DNA of 63,660 bases, the filler included, from Sphacelaria rigidula (Eukaryota): NCBI GenBank assembly GCA_964200075.2. It is 9 parts of 9 records of this genome, joined end to end, with 100 filler letters (N's around TTAATTAATTAA, not from the genome) between each part and the next. Parts side by side here need not be neighbours in the genome. Positions count along the whole stretch, not along the records: positions 35,425 to 42,408 come from CAXNAA020017081.1; positions 42,509 to 49,492 come from CAXNAA020017082.1; positions 49,593 to 56,576 come from CAXNAA020017083.1; 6 more parts are not named here. One strand, given 5' to 3'. The notes beneath the pieces are model-generated. The model was not told where the DNA came from, did no database searches, and saw nothing but the letters and a program-made list of their open reading frames with translations. The translations under genes were made by a program, and so were the position numbers. Below are positions 37,176 to 50,638 of the stretch, piece by piece; positions within the stretch are counted from its first letter, which is position 1; each line of letters starts with the position of its first letter.

Positions 37176-38739
37176 TTTGAAGCCACTACAGGCGTATACC
37201 GGGGAGAAATGGGTTGATCACTCGAGACCACGAACTCGTCCCGAGGCAGGGAAAGGGTTCAGAGTGTGACAAAGAAAAAGTCCCCCATCGCACCAAATTC
37301 TAGTAGATGTTTTTTCACCATACTAATACGAATAAGAGGGAACAAAATATCGGAGAATACCTCCACGTACTTATGGGGGTCACGATATTCGCTGGATCCC
37401 ATCCCCAGAAAAACACTATAAATATATAATGTTGATGTAACCCCATGGCCGCCCAGGTGTGTTAACCTGTTGAATATCAGACCCCCGTGCCCATCTGCAG
37501 GGGCTCCATGCAAGGATTTAACGGTTAAAATCCCAACTGGGTGTATTGATTCCAGTATGATCCATGTGTACCCATGTTGAGCCGTTTTTGCTGCAGCGCA
37601 ATGAATGCGTTTTTATTTCTTTTCGGGCCTCAAGTCAGATGTACTCGTTTTTCCTTGCAGGGGGATCATGAGATGTTTTCTCCGCACTCCTACCTCTTGC
37701 CGTTCGTTTCTTGGCAGGATTTTCTGAGCTTGTTCGCCCCTTCATCTGGCAGAGACGACGCCAGTATTGTCAGCACCTTCGACACTTTTTGATTCACCAC
37801 AAAGTGGAAGAGGCCGGATGTGGCCTTTTTATGCGTCATGGCACGCGCGTATGAGAAGCATCGGGCGAGATTTTTGTGTTGAGAAATGTGGCAGTACCAA
37901 TAGAACCCTGGTAACGTGCAAGCGCACAAACCCATCCTTGTCAGTAAGAGTCGTTTTGTATCCGGAATAATAATGAAAAGGTACGACGTCACCACCCGAT
38001 AGTTTTGCTTCGGTTGTGGCGAGAACATCCCGCTAGGGGATTCAGTGGGGGTAACTCGTGAAGTGTTTGTGTGGTGTTCCTCCCCTGGTTAGTGCACAAC
38101 ATAATCTCGAACAAAGGCGAAACCTATGGAAAGCTTCGTGTTCCGAGTGGTCTTACAACCTGGCATCCAATTTATGTATGAGTAGATAGATCCTGAAGTA
38201 TGAACGTTACCATGAAAAATGGATTACAACCAATAGACGAAGGTACGGTACTTACCTACGAGCTGGTTCACATTAAACATCCTAAATGAAATCACGGTTC
38301 GGACGAATGAAATCATGATTCGACTCATCAACATGTGGACGAATCAATCATACGATTCGTACACAATTTGTGATTCTTACATATTTTGGGTTCGTGATTC
38401 ATACGGCACTACTTCGAGTGTATATACTCCCAGGTCGTGGTTCGTATGGTACACCGTCGAAGGTACACGTTTCCTACCTTCCATTCGTATGGTATGAATC
38501 ATAGGTGGATGTTTCATGATTCGGAGGAGTCAGAGTTCATACGGGTTGACCTCGCATGAATATGGAATGCAAATCATGTACCAAAGAGTCATTCGGTACG
38601 AATCACGGATAGTAACGTTGCACGCTCAAGGCCATACTGCACGAATCGCGAACCGGGAATGTGTGCACTACAAGTAGTGTCACACGAATCAAGAGTTCAA
38701 AGTATGTGCCATTCACAATTCCTGTATGAATCATGGATG

Positions 38740-39065
38740 CCGAACATGTACACTTGATCATTATTTCATGAAGGTGGGGAACATGTACGAATGATTCATG
38801 CTGCATGAATGGAAACTGAGAAACATGTACTTATGATTCATCTCTCATGAATGGGAGGTGAGGAACGTGTGCCTATGATTCATGCTGCATGGATGAAAGG
38901 GGAGATACATGTACGCTTGATTCACCTCGTATGAACGGAAGGTGGGAAACATGTATCTATGATTCATGCTCACGAACGCAAAGTGGAAAACGTGTACATG
39001 AACCACGTGATTCACGCTTCAAGAAGTAAAGGGGAGGAATACAGCATGTGCCTATGATTCATATG
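38740..39065 (+). repeat. Degenerate ~42-bp minisatellite, about 8 units
   Basis: acatgtac..atgattcat...catgaa.gga..gtg.gaa recurring at roughly 42-bp spacing. Confidence 0.8.
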
Positions 39066-39358
39066 CCGTATGAATGCAATTTTTTTGTACTACTGTTGTC
39101 TGTTGTCCGCTGAACAGATTGTACAGTACTATGCTGTGATGTGATGTGCTGTACTGTCCGTCAGCTGCAGTGGGCGCTGCCGGAGTGTTTACGAAAACCC
39201 ACGCGAACATCCGGGACGACACTTGGAGTACTGGTGCTGTCTGAAGCTGTTTTTGCACTGTTTATATATTCAGGCCAACTGCACCGCAGAACAGCACACT
39301 AAAAGCAGAAATACCGTCAATAGCTCCACTTGGAAAAATAAACCGCTCGAAGAATCAC

Positions 39359-39790
39359 TGTTATGGATCACGGCGTAGTGGTGGAGGGTCAGTGAGAAGA
39401 TGGGCTAGTTGTTCGACTCGTGAGCCCGGAGGGCTGATTGCGGGACCGGCTGGTATCCCAGTCAGAGGTTGGGGATCTTCGTGTCCATGTTCCGGATCCA
39501 TAGGTCATTGTCCAGTCGATTGGGCTTTGTGTCGTATTTTACTTATGCTTGGTATTCGGTGAGTTATACTCCCATGATCTGAGACGCACAGATATTGACC
39601 CTCAAGCGCAGACGACGTTTTGGGACCGATCTCGACAAGAACAGCAGCAATTAGCCTGTTCGCCGATAATACAATGAAGAAGCATCTACGCCATCTTCAG
39701 GACGGCTTTTCAGAGGTGTCTCCGGTCTTCGTCTAAAGTAAGCCTGCTTTACATGCAGCTGATGCTCTTTTTAGCGCTTGTGTGACAACT
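39359..39790 (+). mobile_element. LTR-like fragment related to the LTR starting at 62150
   Basis: tgtta.ggatc.cggcgt.g...gatgggc...gcccggagggctgattgc...ggct.gta.c.cagtcag.ggt shared with 62150-62275. Right end uncertain and no TSD seen. Confidence 0.6.
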
Positions 39791-42700
39791 TGCAGTCCCA
39801 TGCATAGCTGCTGAGCATATTATGCGTACAACGAACTCGGTCGGATTGTTGGTATTCGAATGTGCATGAGTGTCACGGATCGATCCAGGAAGCGGTCCGG
39901 GTCCTAAGGTAGTGCTGCGCCTTCCTCCACTTGCTAGGATTAGCGATGTGTCATGTTCCAGTTTTGAACATCAGAGGACGACAACAGTCCTCCCCTCAGT
40001 GTTTCATGCAGGACTTCCTTGTAATTCATTGTCCAGACTTCCGTTCGAGTCTAGGCCTAGCATCAGCAATAATCAATACACGATACCACGACTCTGCAAT
40101 CCTGGGACTTGTCTTATATTGCTTTCTCTGCCTCATCACTGAGGATCCGCTGACCACGTCCCTACTGAGCTCTCCGGTCAACGATCTTATATCCAAAAGG
40201 CAACCGCATCCAGGTACCTCGTAATGGTTTGGGGTTACGTGCAAGGCATCTTGAGGCAGCCAGCTGTACATCAAGACAGCTGCTATCGGGAAGCCTTGTC
40301 ACAAATCGGTGGTAAAGGCCTAGAGGTAAAGGGTGCCAGTCTGTGGGCGTCTGAGCACCCTCGGGCTCATGCACATTTGAGTACCATCGGTTCGTACCGA
40401 GTTCGCGGTACGCACATCATGCTCAGCAGCGAAGAGGCTGCGCGTTGTCATGCAGGTGCTCAAGAACATCGGCTGCATGCGAGTCGGGCTTACTTTAGAC
40501 GAAGACCAACGACACCTCAACAACATTTTCGTGAAATTGAGAGTTGAAGATCCAATTGAGAATGACATCTGTTTCCGACCGGCGTGACATTCATCTTTTA
40601 AATGGTTACACGACACGTTGACTCCTAGCATAATAAGAGGCCCGTTGATCCTCAAAGCTGTAGACCTGATGAAATGTTCGTACACAATGGTTGACAGGGA
40701 TGACTACTCGATTTTAGAGTTGATAAAGTGAGCAGTGGACCCAGCTCGTCCAGAACGTGTTTTTGTCGAAATCGGAGCCTGCCGCGACGTTTCAAAGTCT
40801 GCCAACGCACACTTTGGCTCGGGGAAACTATGCACACTCCTCGCTCGAGGGTCTCGTACGCCTTGGGTCGGGGTTAGTGTTAGTGTTAGTCTATAACATT
40901 CAGTGATGTTCCCCATCAACCATTATCTACGAGCATTTCTTCAGTTTTTTTTCGATAGACCGCGAGGGTATGTCACCTGCTGAATCGGCACCAACTTTCA
41001 CTTGAAAAACGTATGCGTGATCGAGATGGACTACCCGCACCGCGGCGGTCGCCCCAGTGGCTCAGATGGTAACCTCAGAATCTTCTGACGGTTGCGTCGT
41101 GGGTTTAAATCTCGGAGCGATCTGGGATTTTTTCTTACACCATGCCCAACAGTGGAGAGCGACTATGTCGTGGGTACACAGAGTTCGACTTGATGGTCCA
41201 CGAGGGAAAGGGACTGCTGAACCCCTCTTGCGATGAAAAAGGAAAAGCAAGAACCGCAGAAGGAAGATGGAGTACCAAAAACAAGTGGGAAGACAACACG
41301 CACACCCGAATCACGGGCTCAGGGCTAACCCTTAGACCACGAGGGTAGTCCGTCTGAATCACGCATACCTTTTTCAAGTGAAGTTGTAGCACCGGCCTCG
41401 TGCTCGACGAGTCCTTTCTTTTCACTTGTTATTATCACGGAGTGATCCTTAACAGATCACATCAAGAGCCAGACAGCAAGGGGCCACACAGATGAGGGTC
41501 ATCAACTCAGGATCCCCTGTCCCCTGCGACTGCTCCAATCATGCATACGATTATACTGAAATCTACGGCTTGGTATCATTTGGCTACAGGTTTCACCGTG
41601 ATTCGTATGCTGCCATCTCCCTTAGGGTCGACCACTGACGGCGAAGGGCAATGCCCAAGGGGGGAGTGTCGTATCAAGCCGGCTCGTGAGCATTCATCCA
41701 GTATAGCGTTCACGTCTTTGGTAAGGACTGAATTTTTCCGATATGGTCTTGAAGAGATGGACGTTGTGCGGTGTTGGAGTTTTGGCTCGAAGGGAAGCGT
41801 CTTGCCGTGCCCCGAATCGGGTTGAATCCTCGAAAAACGATCTTGATACGAGTGATGCCACGATAGGGGAGGGCGGGGTACTCATGATCATGCCATAGTC
41901 ATGAGACCGTTGACTTTGCATCCCTTCAAAGCCGTGACGGAGCACGCCGGGTTTTCGCCGGACCAGACTCGCACCCAATCACCAAGCGCGAAGCACCGNN
42001 NNNNNNNNGTCGCATGAAGGGTGAGCTGCATCCTGCTGAGATTGGTCGGCCCGAAGCCTACTGACTATCTGGCATTTGGGTGACATCCTACAATAAGTTG
42101 CTTTATTTTCTGGTGTCGCCACTTCCAGAGACAGCCACGGCTCATACGCTGCCTCATGAGTGTCTCACCATTTAAACACTACGTAGCACGACCGTCTCCA
42201 TTGTGCGGAGTTGAGGTTCTCCCACGCCGCACAACATGACCAAGCTCGACTACCATCATGTTTATAGCAAAAAAAAACGCGGACGCAAACACAATCGGTA
42301 ACCTGGTTGCCTAGCTGACGCAGTGAGTGGCGTGTTTTACAGCGGCATGGCCAACCGATGCCCACCCCATCGGGGGTCCGCCCCCACAAAGCCGGGACGG
42401 AGCACGCCNNNNNNNNNNNNNNNNNNNNNNNNNNNNNNNNNNNNNNNNNNNNTTAATTAATTAANNNNNNNNNNNNNNNNNNNNNNNNNNNNNNNNNNNN
42501 NNNNNNNNAACTTTCTTGATAATCCCTGAGTTTTTCCTTATCTCTGAGTTCTGATTTGTGTTTCCGAAACTCTCTAATATAGGTGTATATTATAGGTTTA
42601 AACTATACACATGCTTCTTCTCCTTAGTATATACTATATTATATTATAAACAATATATTCATATACTATTCAATATAATTCTATATATAAATATTTATAT

Positions 42701-43244
42701 TGTTTTTCCCTTGCTCAAAAAAAGAAATCAACCATCCAACCATCCATCCTCAAACAATCTTTAATTAATTAATTAATTAATTGTTATTTTTATAAGAGTT
42801 TTTAACATACTCTACTCGACCTACCCTTGGATTGTTCACTTTGGGGACATTTCAGGCACTTCTAGACCCCCAGACAGGGAAAACCGCCAACACAGATGCC
42901 ACTAACTCTTTGGCCCGTGCCCTTCACGAGTTCGTGGGCCACTGCTTCGCGCAGGCTGGACGGTCAGCCCACCTGGCTTACCCTCTTTATGAATCGCTGA
43001 CATACCGTAATTGCTCGAAAGACAGGGAAAAAATGACTGCTGGTTTCGAAAGTCTCCACGCAAAATTTGCGCCATTCCACGCCCCCGGGCCGCGCGTACC
43101 TGGGTTGCAACGCTGAAAACAAAGCGTGCGTATGGTACGAATATATTACGCTTACATCAAGTAATTTCCAGACGAAATATTGATTCGTCCGACCCCTGAG
43201 AAAGTGTACAGCACAGTACCGTGTTATAGAGGCATTTTACTGAA

Positions 43245-45945
43245 ATTATGATTCATCATGCGCGGCCTCAAGGGAAAACGGTCATATTTCAAAACCTCAT
43301 ATATCCTGAGACTAGAGCGGCAGACGTTCTTGGGAGAGAGGTCTCCACATCAGCACGGATACCTCGCGCTACAGACGATAATAGTGACCGCGCATTTGGC
43401 AGCAAGATGGGAAAGGATGTCTCTCACTCCGAAAGGGAGAAGCTTTTATTGCACCATATGCGTCCCGTCACGGCAATACTCGACGAAGTTGACACGGTAT
43501 GTTCCTACTGGCAGTAACGAGAACTGTAGTGCTGGCTCCATGATGCGAACCACGCCTCGACAGGGGTAGAATACCTGCAATGCATCCGTGAAAAAAATCA
43601 GATTGCAAACTTTCACTCTGTCCTATTCTGAAACCAAGTGAAAAATCCGCATAAGGACGACCACGCGCCTCTCAGAGAAAGGTGAATAGCTTGACGCGGG
43701 AGCATGCAAGCGAAGAATACCCTGTTGATTCTGATAGAAGGAGACTACAGCAACTGCCCCTCTCTTTCTCAGACCGTCGTGGTAACGCGCACGCGAAGTC
43801 TGGCACTGTGAGGGAGGAGACATTGCCCCTGACCGAACAGATTCGCAGTGGTACTTGACAAAAGACATTCTTCTCTTTGACTGCGTTGTTCGGCCGCGGC
43901 TTACTCGGCACGGCGTATAAAACCCGAGGGCATCTGCATCTGACATATGAAGAAGCTTAACTGGTGGATATTTCCCGTTTTGGTGCCCGCCTCAACCGAC
44001 AGGGGGCCGGCGTAAACAACGAGGATGGCAAAATCTACTCGAGTCCGTGCGCGGATTTCATGTCGTCATCCTCTAGAAATGTCATCAAAAACTGTTCTTG
44101 TTTCGGAACAGTTTAGCATCGTGCATGTTCATCCTTTCAAGCCACACGCAGCGCACAAAACGCCTCGGATCACCGAAACTGCTGCGTCGACACGTGCCTG
44201 CGGCTTCAGCCCACACATACGTCAACTTTCAGCGTCATCAAATGCCAGGTGTACCGTCTTGGGGCACCTTATCTCCAAAAATATCGCCTTTATACTATTC
44301 AGGGCTATACCCGTTACACGTTCACGTTACGTTTACGTTACGTGACGTGTGTCATGTAAAAAAAATATAACGTTACGTTAACGTTACATTTGAAAAATTA
44401 ACGTCACGTTCACGTTACGTTCATCACGTGAAAAGAAAACAACGTTCACGTAACGTTTCGGCCACAACGTAACGTGTAATGCTATGGCACGTGTAACGTG
44501 TATAGCCCTGATATTATTGAAAAGGAACAACACCGAGTACTATCATGGTAGGGTCGAAGCTCATGACAGTACGAATCGGGCGGCGCGTGCACTGCGCCAA
44601 GTTGACAGAGGTTTTCGTAGCTACGACTCCCACACCTGCCTTGAGCACAGCTTTCCGAGCGCTCGAGGCGCGTACTTCACATGACTGCCGCGAGGCGTCT
44701 AGCCGACCCTGGGTAATCGGCACACGAAGCCGCTTGCGGGGTAAGTGTTGGGTGAGGATTCTCCTACCTCCACAGAGATTCATAAAAAGCACTGTGCGCT
44801 CCAGTACTGTCTGTTTACATGACCCGCGCTCCAAATTCTCTTTTACAGGCGCAGTCAGCGTTCTTCATTTTCAATATTATGGGGGCAATTTTACAGCGAT
44901 TATGATTCATCATCCATGGCGTCAATGAGAGACAATCATCCTCCAAGGCCTATAATATGCTGAGACTAGAGAGGTAGGCGTCCTTGGAAGAGAGGTGTCC
45001 AAGTCAGCACGGATGCCTGGCGCAAACGAATAGCCCCAGCGCGATTGGCAGCTGGATGGGAAAGGGTACACATCACTGCGGAGGGCGGAAGCGTTTATTG
45101 TACGATATGTGACCCTGTGTGTTCCTGATGGCAGTACAACGAGTACTGTTGTAGTACTGACGGTACGATTCGAACCACGCCTCGGCAGGGCTTGAAATGC
45201 CGCGATCCATGCGTGAAAAAAAAAACAATTTGCGACTTGCACTCTGTCCTGTTCTGGAACCAAGTGAAACCTCGGCAAAAAAGCGATCACGCGCCTGTCA
45301 GGGAAATAGTTTCACGTGAGAGAAAGCGACGTCAGAATATCTAGAGTTGATTCTCATAGAAGAAAACTACAGCTACCGCCCCTGTCATTCCTAGGCCGTC
45401 GTGGTAACCGCTGCGCCAAGTCTGGCACTATGAGAGAGTAGACGTTGCACCCTGCCTAAACAGGTCCGCGGTCGTCCTCGGCTGAACACACTTTTTTTTT
45501 CGGCAACGCTGTGAGGCCACGTCTTGCTCGACACGGCGTATAAAACCCGAGGCTGTCTGCCTGTAACATGTGCATAACCTGAAGTGGTGGTTATCCCCAG
45601 TCTTGGTGCCAGCCTCAACCGACAGAGGCCCGATGAAAACAACAAGGCTAGTAAGATTTCCCCTGCTTCCGCGCGGATTTCATATCGTTACCCTCTAGAA
45701 TTGTCATCAGAAAGTGTTTTTGTTTTCGGAATCACCGCGGCGTCGTGCATTATCATCCTTTCAAGCCACGCTGCGCACAAAACGCCTCGGGTTGCCGAAA
45801 CTGCTGCGTCAACACCTACGTGCGGATTCAAGCCACACATATGCCAAGTTTCAGCATCATCAAACGCCAGGTATTCTGTGTTCGGGCGCACAACCTCCCA
45901 AAATACCGCCTCCATATAATTGAAAAGGAGCAACACTGCAGTCGT
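43245..45945 (-). pseudogene. Tandemly duplicated ~1.05-kb decayed coding-like segment (copy 1 43245-44540, copy 2 44898-45945), family unknown
   Basis: Two colinear diverged copies. Substitutions are enriched at the wobble position of the minus-strand frame (LAFDDAE.W.MCGL.P...VDAAVS..RGVLCAA). Many stops. Confidence 0.55.
44300..44510. mobile_element. hAT-like MITE, CAGGGCTATAC...GTATAGCCCTG, interior made of (cacgtt/tacgtt) repeats
   Basis: 8-bp TSD atactatt/atattatt (1 mismatch). The paralogous site at ~45915-45930 is empty. Confidence 0.9.
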
Positions 45946-48653
45946 CCTCCAAGTGAAGCCGCTTGTATAATCCTGAAAAGAGGTCTGGATGAGTTCGCGC
46001 AGTGACCGTTTCCCGACAGCCTTCCTCAAAAAACAATTTCCGGAACCGTATCTTCTACTATCCAAACTCCGGGAAAACTTTGACGAGTCTTACATGAAGA
46101 CGGCGGCGCCCACCCGCATGATACTGATACTTCGCCATGATTGATTTAGTGTACGAAACAGCGACCGTTCAAGAGCGCCTCGCCCATTTTTTCATCCGGT
46201 AGAGTTCCTGCGCACACGACGTCCCAAGTCTATTCTTCAAACGTAGTTGGGGTAAGCGTTTAGTGTGTGGATCAGCGCGTTCGTATCTTCACGGGGCTCA
46301 CAGCACCATGGTCTCCGTGGCTTACCTCTGCCGGCGCACACTTCGCCCATGGTACTATTCAGCTCACCTCCTTACCCGAGGGTTTTCTCCACCTTTGGTT
46401 CGGGCTAGGGTTAGCCTTACTGTAGGGTTTTGATAAATACAACAAACAAGTGCGTCAACCGTAGACTTGTGTCGCCAGACTCGCCACGATGTAGAACCCT
46501 CCGTCTTTTCTTGTCCGGTGGGCCAATCAAAATCCTTTTTTTTCATGCGAGGCCACAGGTGAGGACCCCTCTATATCCACGAATTGTCATCAACAGGCGT
46601 CTTGCGGTGTCATCTTTTGCGGTAAATGCCCGTACCCCTGGCTACTTCGTGTGTTGATTGATGGATAGGTTGACTGATTGTCGCGCGTCGACTGATCGGC
46701 TCCGAATACGATTGTGGTTACAAGGCAATGTGTTGTGTTGCATGTACATTACTACTACTAGGCGCTGTGCCCAGACTGGTAAAAGGTATGGGCATCGCCC
46801 TAGACCGCCTGCGCTCGCCAGATACATCGTGGGCAAGCTATGAGTGGGCCATTTGTTAGCTGCTGTGCGGCAGGCTTGTTCGGAAGGGAAGCATCTGTGG
46901 GTGGAGCGCCGTCACTGCGGCGGCAAAAGCAGCATGGGCAGCTAGAAGTGCCCAAAAACAACGCTATTATTTCACTGTCCTGCTTTCTGGCGCAGCATTA
47001 CGTTGATCAAGTGTACCCTGCGTGGTATCCGGCTGCAGCAACATCAGCATAAGGAGGTAAAAGTGCCCGAAAGAGCGCCATTCCTCTACTGCCCTGCTCG
47101 CTTCCGTAGCATTTTTTTTTTTGAGTGTACCCTGCGTGGTACCACCCGGGCTTACTTGTATGCATACACATCGAGTTCGACGGTTCGTTTTCATTACGCT
47201 GACATCATTTTTACTGGTCGTTCGCACAGGCTGTACTACGAGCTTTCGGGACTTTCGAGTTGTGCATTGATCCGGAGCTCTGCCCGAGGATCTTGGCTAG
47301 TTTAGCGTAACCAGCATGAAGCACTTGGCTCTGACCCCGTCAAAGCGAATGATGCCCGAGTGTAGTCATCTCCCTACAATCAGTTTTTTGGGGTGTGAAA
47401 TGTGGCCATGCTGTTCCCTACGCACACGCAAACCAGGAAAAGCGACAGTTCAACATAGAACCAGTTTTTCGAGGTCGTGAATCGTGGTCATCATGCTGTG
47501 CTCTACGCACACGCAAACCAGAAAGAGGGACAATTTTAGAACTGCCTCGCACCTGTCAGTTACAGGTACCCCGAAAGAAGCAGTGGTTGCCTTCGATACG
47601 TGTACCGAGAATCTAGCCTTGATCTACTACAAGAAACTATGTCTTCACGTACGAGCCTACGATCGAACCCAGCAAAAGTTATGTATAGTACCTCACGTTC
47701 AAAGTGACACGTTTCTTGTTTTTGTTCTCTCGCGTACCGCTCTTCGATAGAACTCGAAAGTGCTAGCGTCGGTAGATTTTGGTACAAGAAACAGATTGCC
47801 CTCAAAACACAGTGCCCAAGTTAGTGTCGGTTGGTGTTATCGGGCGGTACGAGTAGATACCCTGTTTATCGGGAGGGTGTTATTGACCGTGAAACACAGT
47901 TTTTTCGGCTCGAGTGCAATATGTAGATAGAATTTTGAAAAACAAGCCTTTTCCTTTCTTAGCAAATACGATCGGGACAGGCTCTATCGACCGAACTTAC
48001 CGAAGAGTCAGAATCTGGGCTGAAAAGTGGCAGGACCCTCGATTACCGGTCAGCCCGTAAGTTACTCAATATTCGATTCAAATGATTTTTTCCTCCTGGA
48101 ATGTGGAGCGGATACTAATATTTTTAGATTCTCTATGTAATGAGCAATGGCAAGCAAAAGAACTTAAGAAAATCGCGAATTACGGAGAAATTACCAAATA
48201 TCCTACTTTAAAACTGAGGTACTGTAAATTGTCGCATGCGAGGCTGGAACATCATCGATATCTACCGTTGGACCAGCTCTGTGACATCTAAGATTTTTCT
48301 CCATTTCCCGAGGGTACATCGAGTCCGCCAATGCACCATGCAAGGGCTCGTTGAAGGTCGCGAACATTGGCCGGAGACAACAAATCCAGCAGGAATCAGC
48401 AAGAAGGCAGAAAGATCCGTCTCGTAACTCCCCATCAAGATACTCACCGACGAGCACACATGAGGACTGTCTTGTCAGCACGCGCGGCCCGGATACAACA
48501 GTACGGTTACATTGACATTGCACCTGGTTGCCATATACCAACATAGTGACCTATGGATTCACTTGACCATGGTGTGCGCCACCATCAACACATCGAGTTC
48601 AGCGTAGGCCACTGAACCACCGAGATGCTGTTTGTGTTGCACTCACTATAGGG

Positions 48654-48970
48654 GAGAGCTCGGAAATTGTACCAATTATAGCAGGCTATTATCATTGTAA
48701 CGGTAATAATGTTGATGGTTACATGAACTTTCGGATAATGGTTCCAAACCATTATTTACCGTTACTGGCTACGTCTGCTTCATACAGCCCTTGAAGATTG
48801 CCCCAAATATCACGTTTTTTTAGCTCTCGTGAAGCCAGATCGCGTCGCAGCGTGCCTCCCGCACGGCGCCTCCAGCCGGGCTTTGTGGCTCACGGCTGCA
48901 CCACTCGATGACCGAACCATGATGTACCACTTTACCGGTTAATGGTTAGACAAACCATTTCGGAGCTCTA
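48654..48970. mobile_element. hAT-like MITE (.agagctcggaaat...atttcggagctcta)
   Basis: Inverted termini with 8-bp TSD ctataggg/ctattggg. Confidence 0.8.
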
Positions 48971-50127
48971 CTATTGGGTCACTCGAGAACACAGTCTGGA
49001 CCAAGTGTGAAGAACCCAAATCCCAACATGCCGCTGGCACAGCCACTTGCTTGACTAGAGACGTGACCTTTCTTCTGCATAGTTTCAACCTCACGGAAAT
49101 AGTCATGTCAGGGTGCGGCCGAACACGTTTTGGACGTCTTCAGGTCCGGTTCCGCAACAGTATAAACTGCTACGAACGCGAACGTCTCATTGACCGAGAA
49201 GTTAAAATGCCTGGGCACGGCTGAGTACGCTGCAGCTGTTTTGTGTGCTGTCGTCCCATTTGTTCTCGATTTCAGTCTCCACCTTTCGGTGTATGTGGGC
49301 GGATGAGCCGGAGTCACACAGGAGGAAGGTAACCCACACAAGTTTGTTTTCGTACTTCCTCTGTCCCATAAGTCTGTATCGTTATGTTTGTACGAGCCTT
49401 CGACGATGTCCGCTTTGATTTTCGATTGTTTGGTTGCATTCGTTGGCGTTTTTTGAGCTAGAAATAACACTTTTTCTACAATATTGGTACTTNNNNNNNN
49501 NNNNNNNNNNNNNNNNNNNNNNNNNNNNNNNNNNNNTTAATTAATTAANNNNNNNNNNNNNNNNNNNNNNNNNNNNNNNNNNNNNNNNNNNNGAAGGATG
49601 TCTGGCACACTTATGAGCCTTTTTTTTCGTGCAACCAAATACCCCCCCCCTATCGTAGGATGACTCTGGTATTGTTAATCAATCTGGGTTCACCAGGTGG
49701 CCTACACGATTATTACCGTTGCGATAATTATTCTGTGAACAGTTCGCCTAAATATCACCACCACGATGACAGGGTTATAAAGAGTACACTGAACAGACAC
49801 CATTCCCGTGATATTGTGAATGAATCCAGATTCACAAAATGATGTCCAGATCACTGTTTCGCTAAGCATTCTGTGAAACATCACAACAATGTCTCCAATT
49901 CAGTGACGATGGTACGAAAAAATGACTAAAGAGTAACGGTTCCCGTGATGCTTTGTGAATCTGTGTTCACACCGATCACCGTTGCGTTAGTCCTTCTGTG
50001 AATAATGCTCAAAGTGTCACCATTTCGGTGATGGTTTCGCCAAGAATCACAATACAATCACCGTTCCTGAGACGAACTTGGTGGATCCAGATTCACAAAG
50101 TTATTGCAGAACTAATACCGTTCCGTT

Positions 50128-50340
50128 TGTAATGCGTAAGAGGACCGCGTGCTTAGAGGATCGCGCCATAGTTCAAAACACCTCAGGATGGACGTTTTTC
50201 AAAACCAATTGGGCCAGTCGTTGCAGGTACCGCGCCCCTGACCACAACCCCAACACTAACCCTAACCCTAACCCTAACCATAGAGATGTTCAACTTGCGA
50301 TGCGGTCCTCCAAGTACGCGGTCCTCTCACGCATTACACC
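50128..50340 (+). mobile_element. ~215-bp MITE with ~35-bp TIRs (gtgtaatgcgtgagaggaccgcgtgctt..aggaccgca) and an internal (CCCTAA)n tract; reversed copies at 50785-51009 and 52552-52765
   Basis: Three alignable copies with clear TIRs interrupting satellite units. Confidence 0.88.
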
Positions 50341-50387
50341 CTTCATTATTCTGTGAAGAAGTAACGCATCGTCACCGATTCGGCGAT

Positions 50388-50638
50388 ACCTTTTTTCACG
50401 ACAGCCCACCCCAAAAAAGTGCATGGTTTTGGGAGGAAAAATCTTAACGTGAATCGAAATGAGAAACGCCGAGCACAACGAGCAGCTGGGAATTCCCGCG
50501 CTTGGGTTCGTTCTAACCAATGTCGCCAATATGAGGCGCTTTATGCAGTCTGAACCCCAACATCAGGCGCTGTATGGCCATTTCTTTCGAGACACTTTTG
50601 GGCTGGTTTTGGGGGGGGAGCTATTGTAGAAAGTGCCC
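50388..50638. mobile_element. MITE-like insertion with a ggggg.gctat(c/t)gtagaaagtg end; the same end occurs at 21290-21316
   Basis: Interrupts the satellite. The left end cttttt(t)cacgacagccc is an imperfect inverse of the right end. Confidence 0.5.

Noticed and set aside
42760-42785. Additional TTAATTAA linker
   Set aside because: Not flanked by N-runs; it is an AT-rich (TTAA)n microsatellite in an AT-rich tract.
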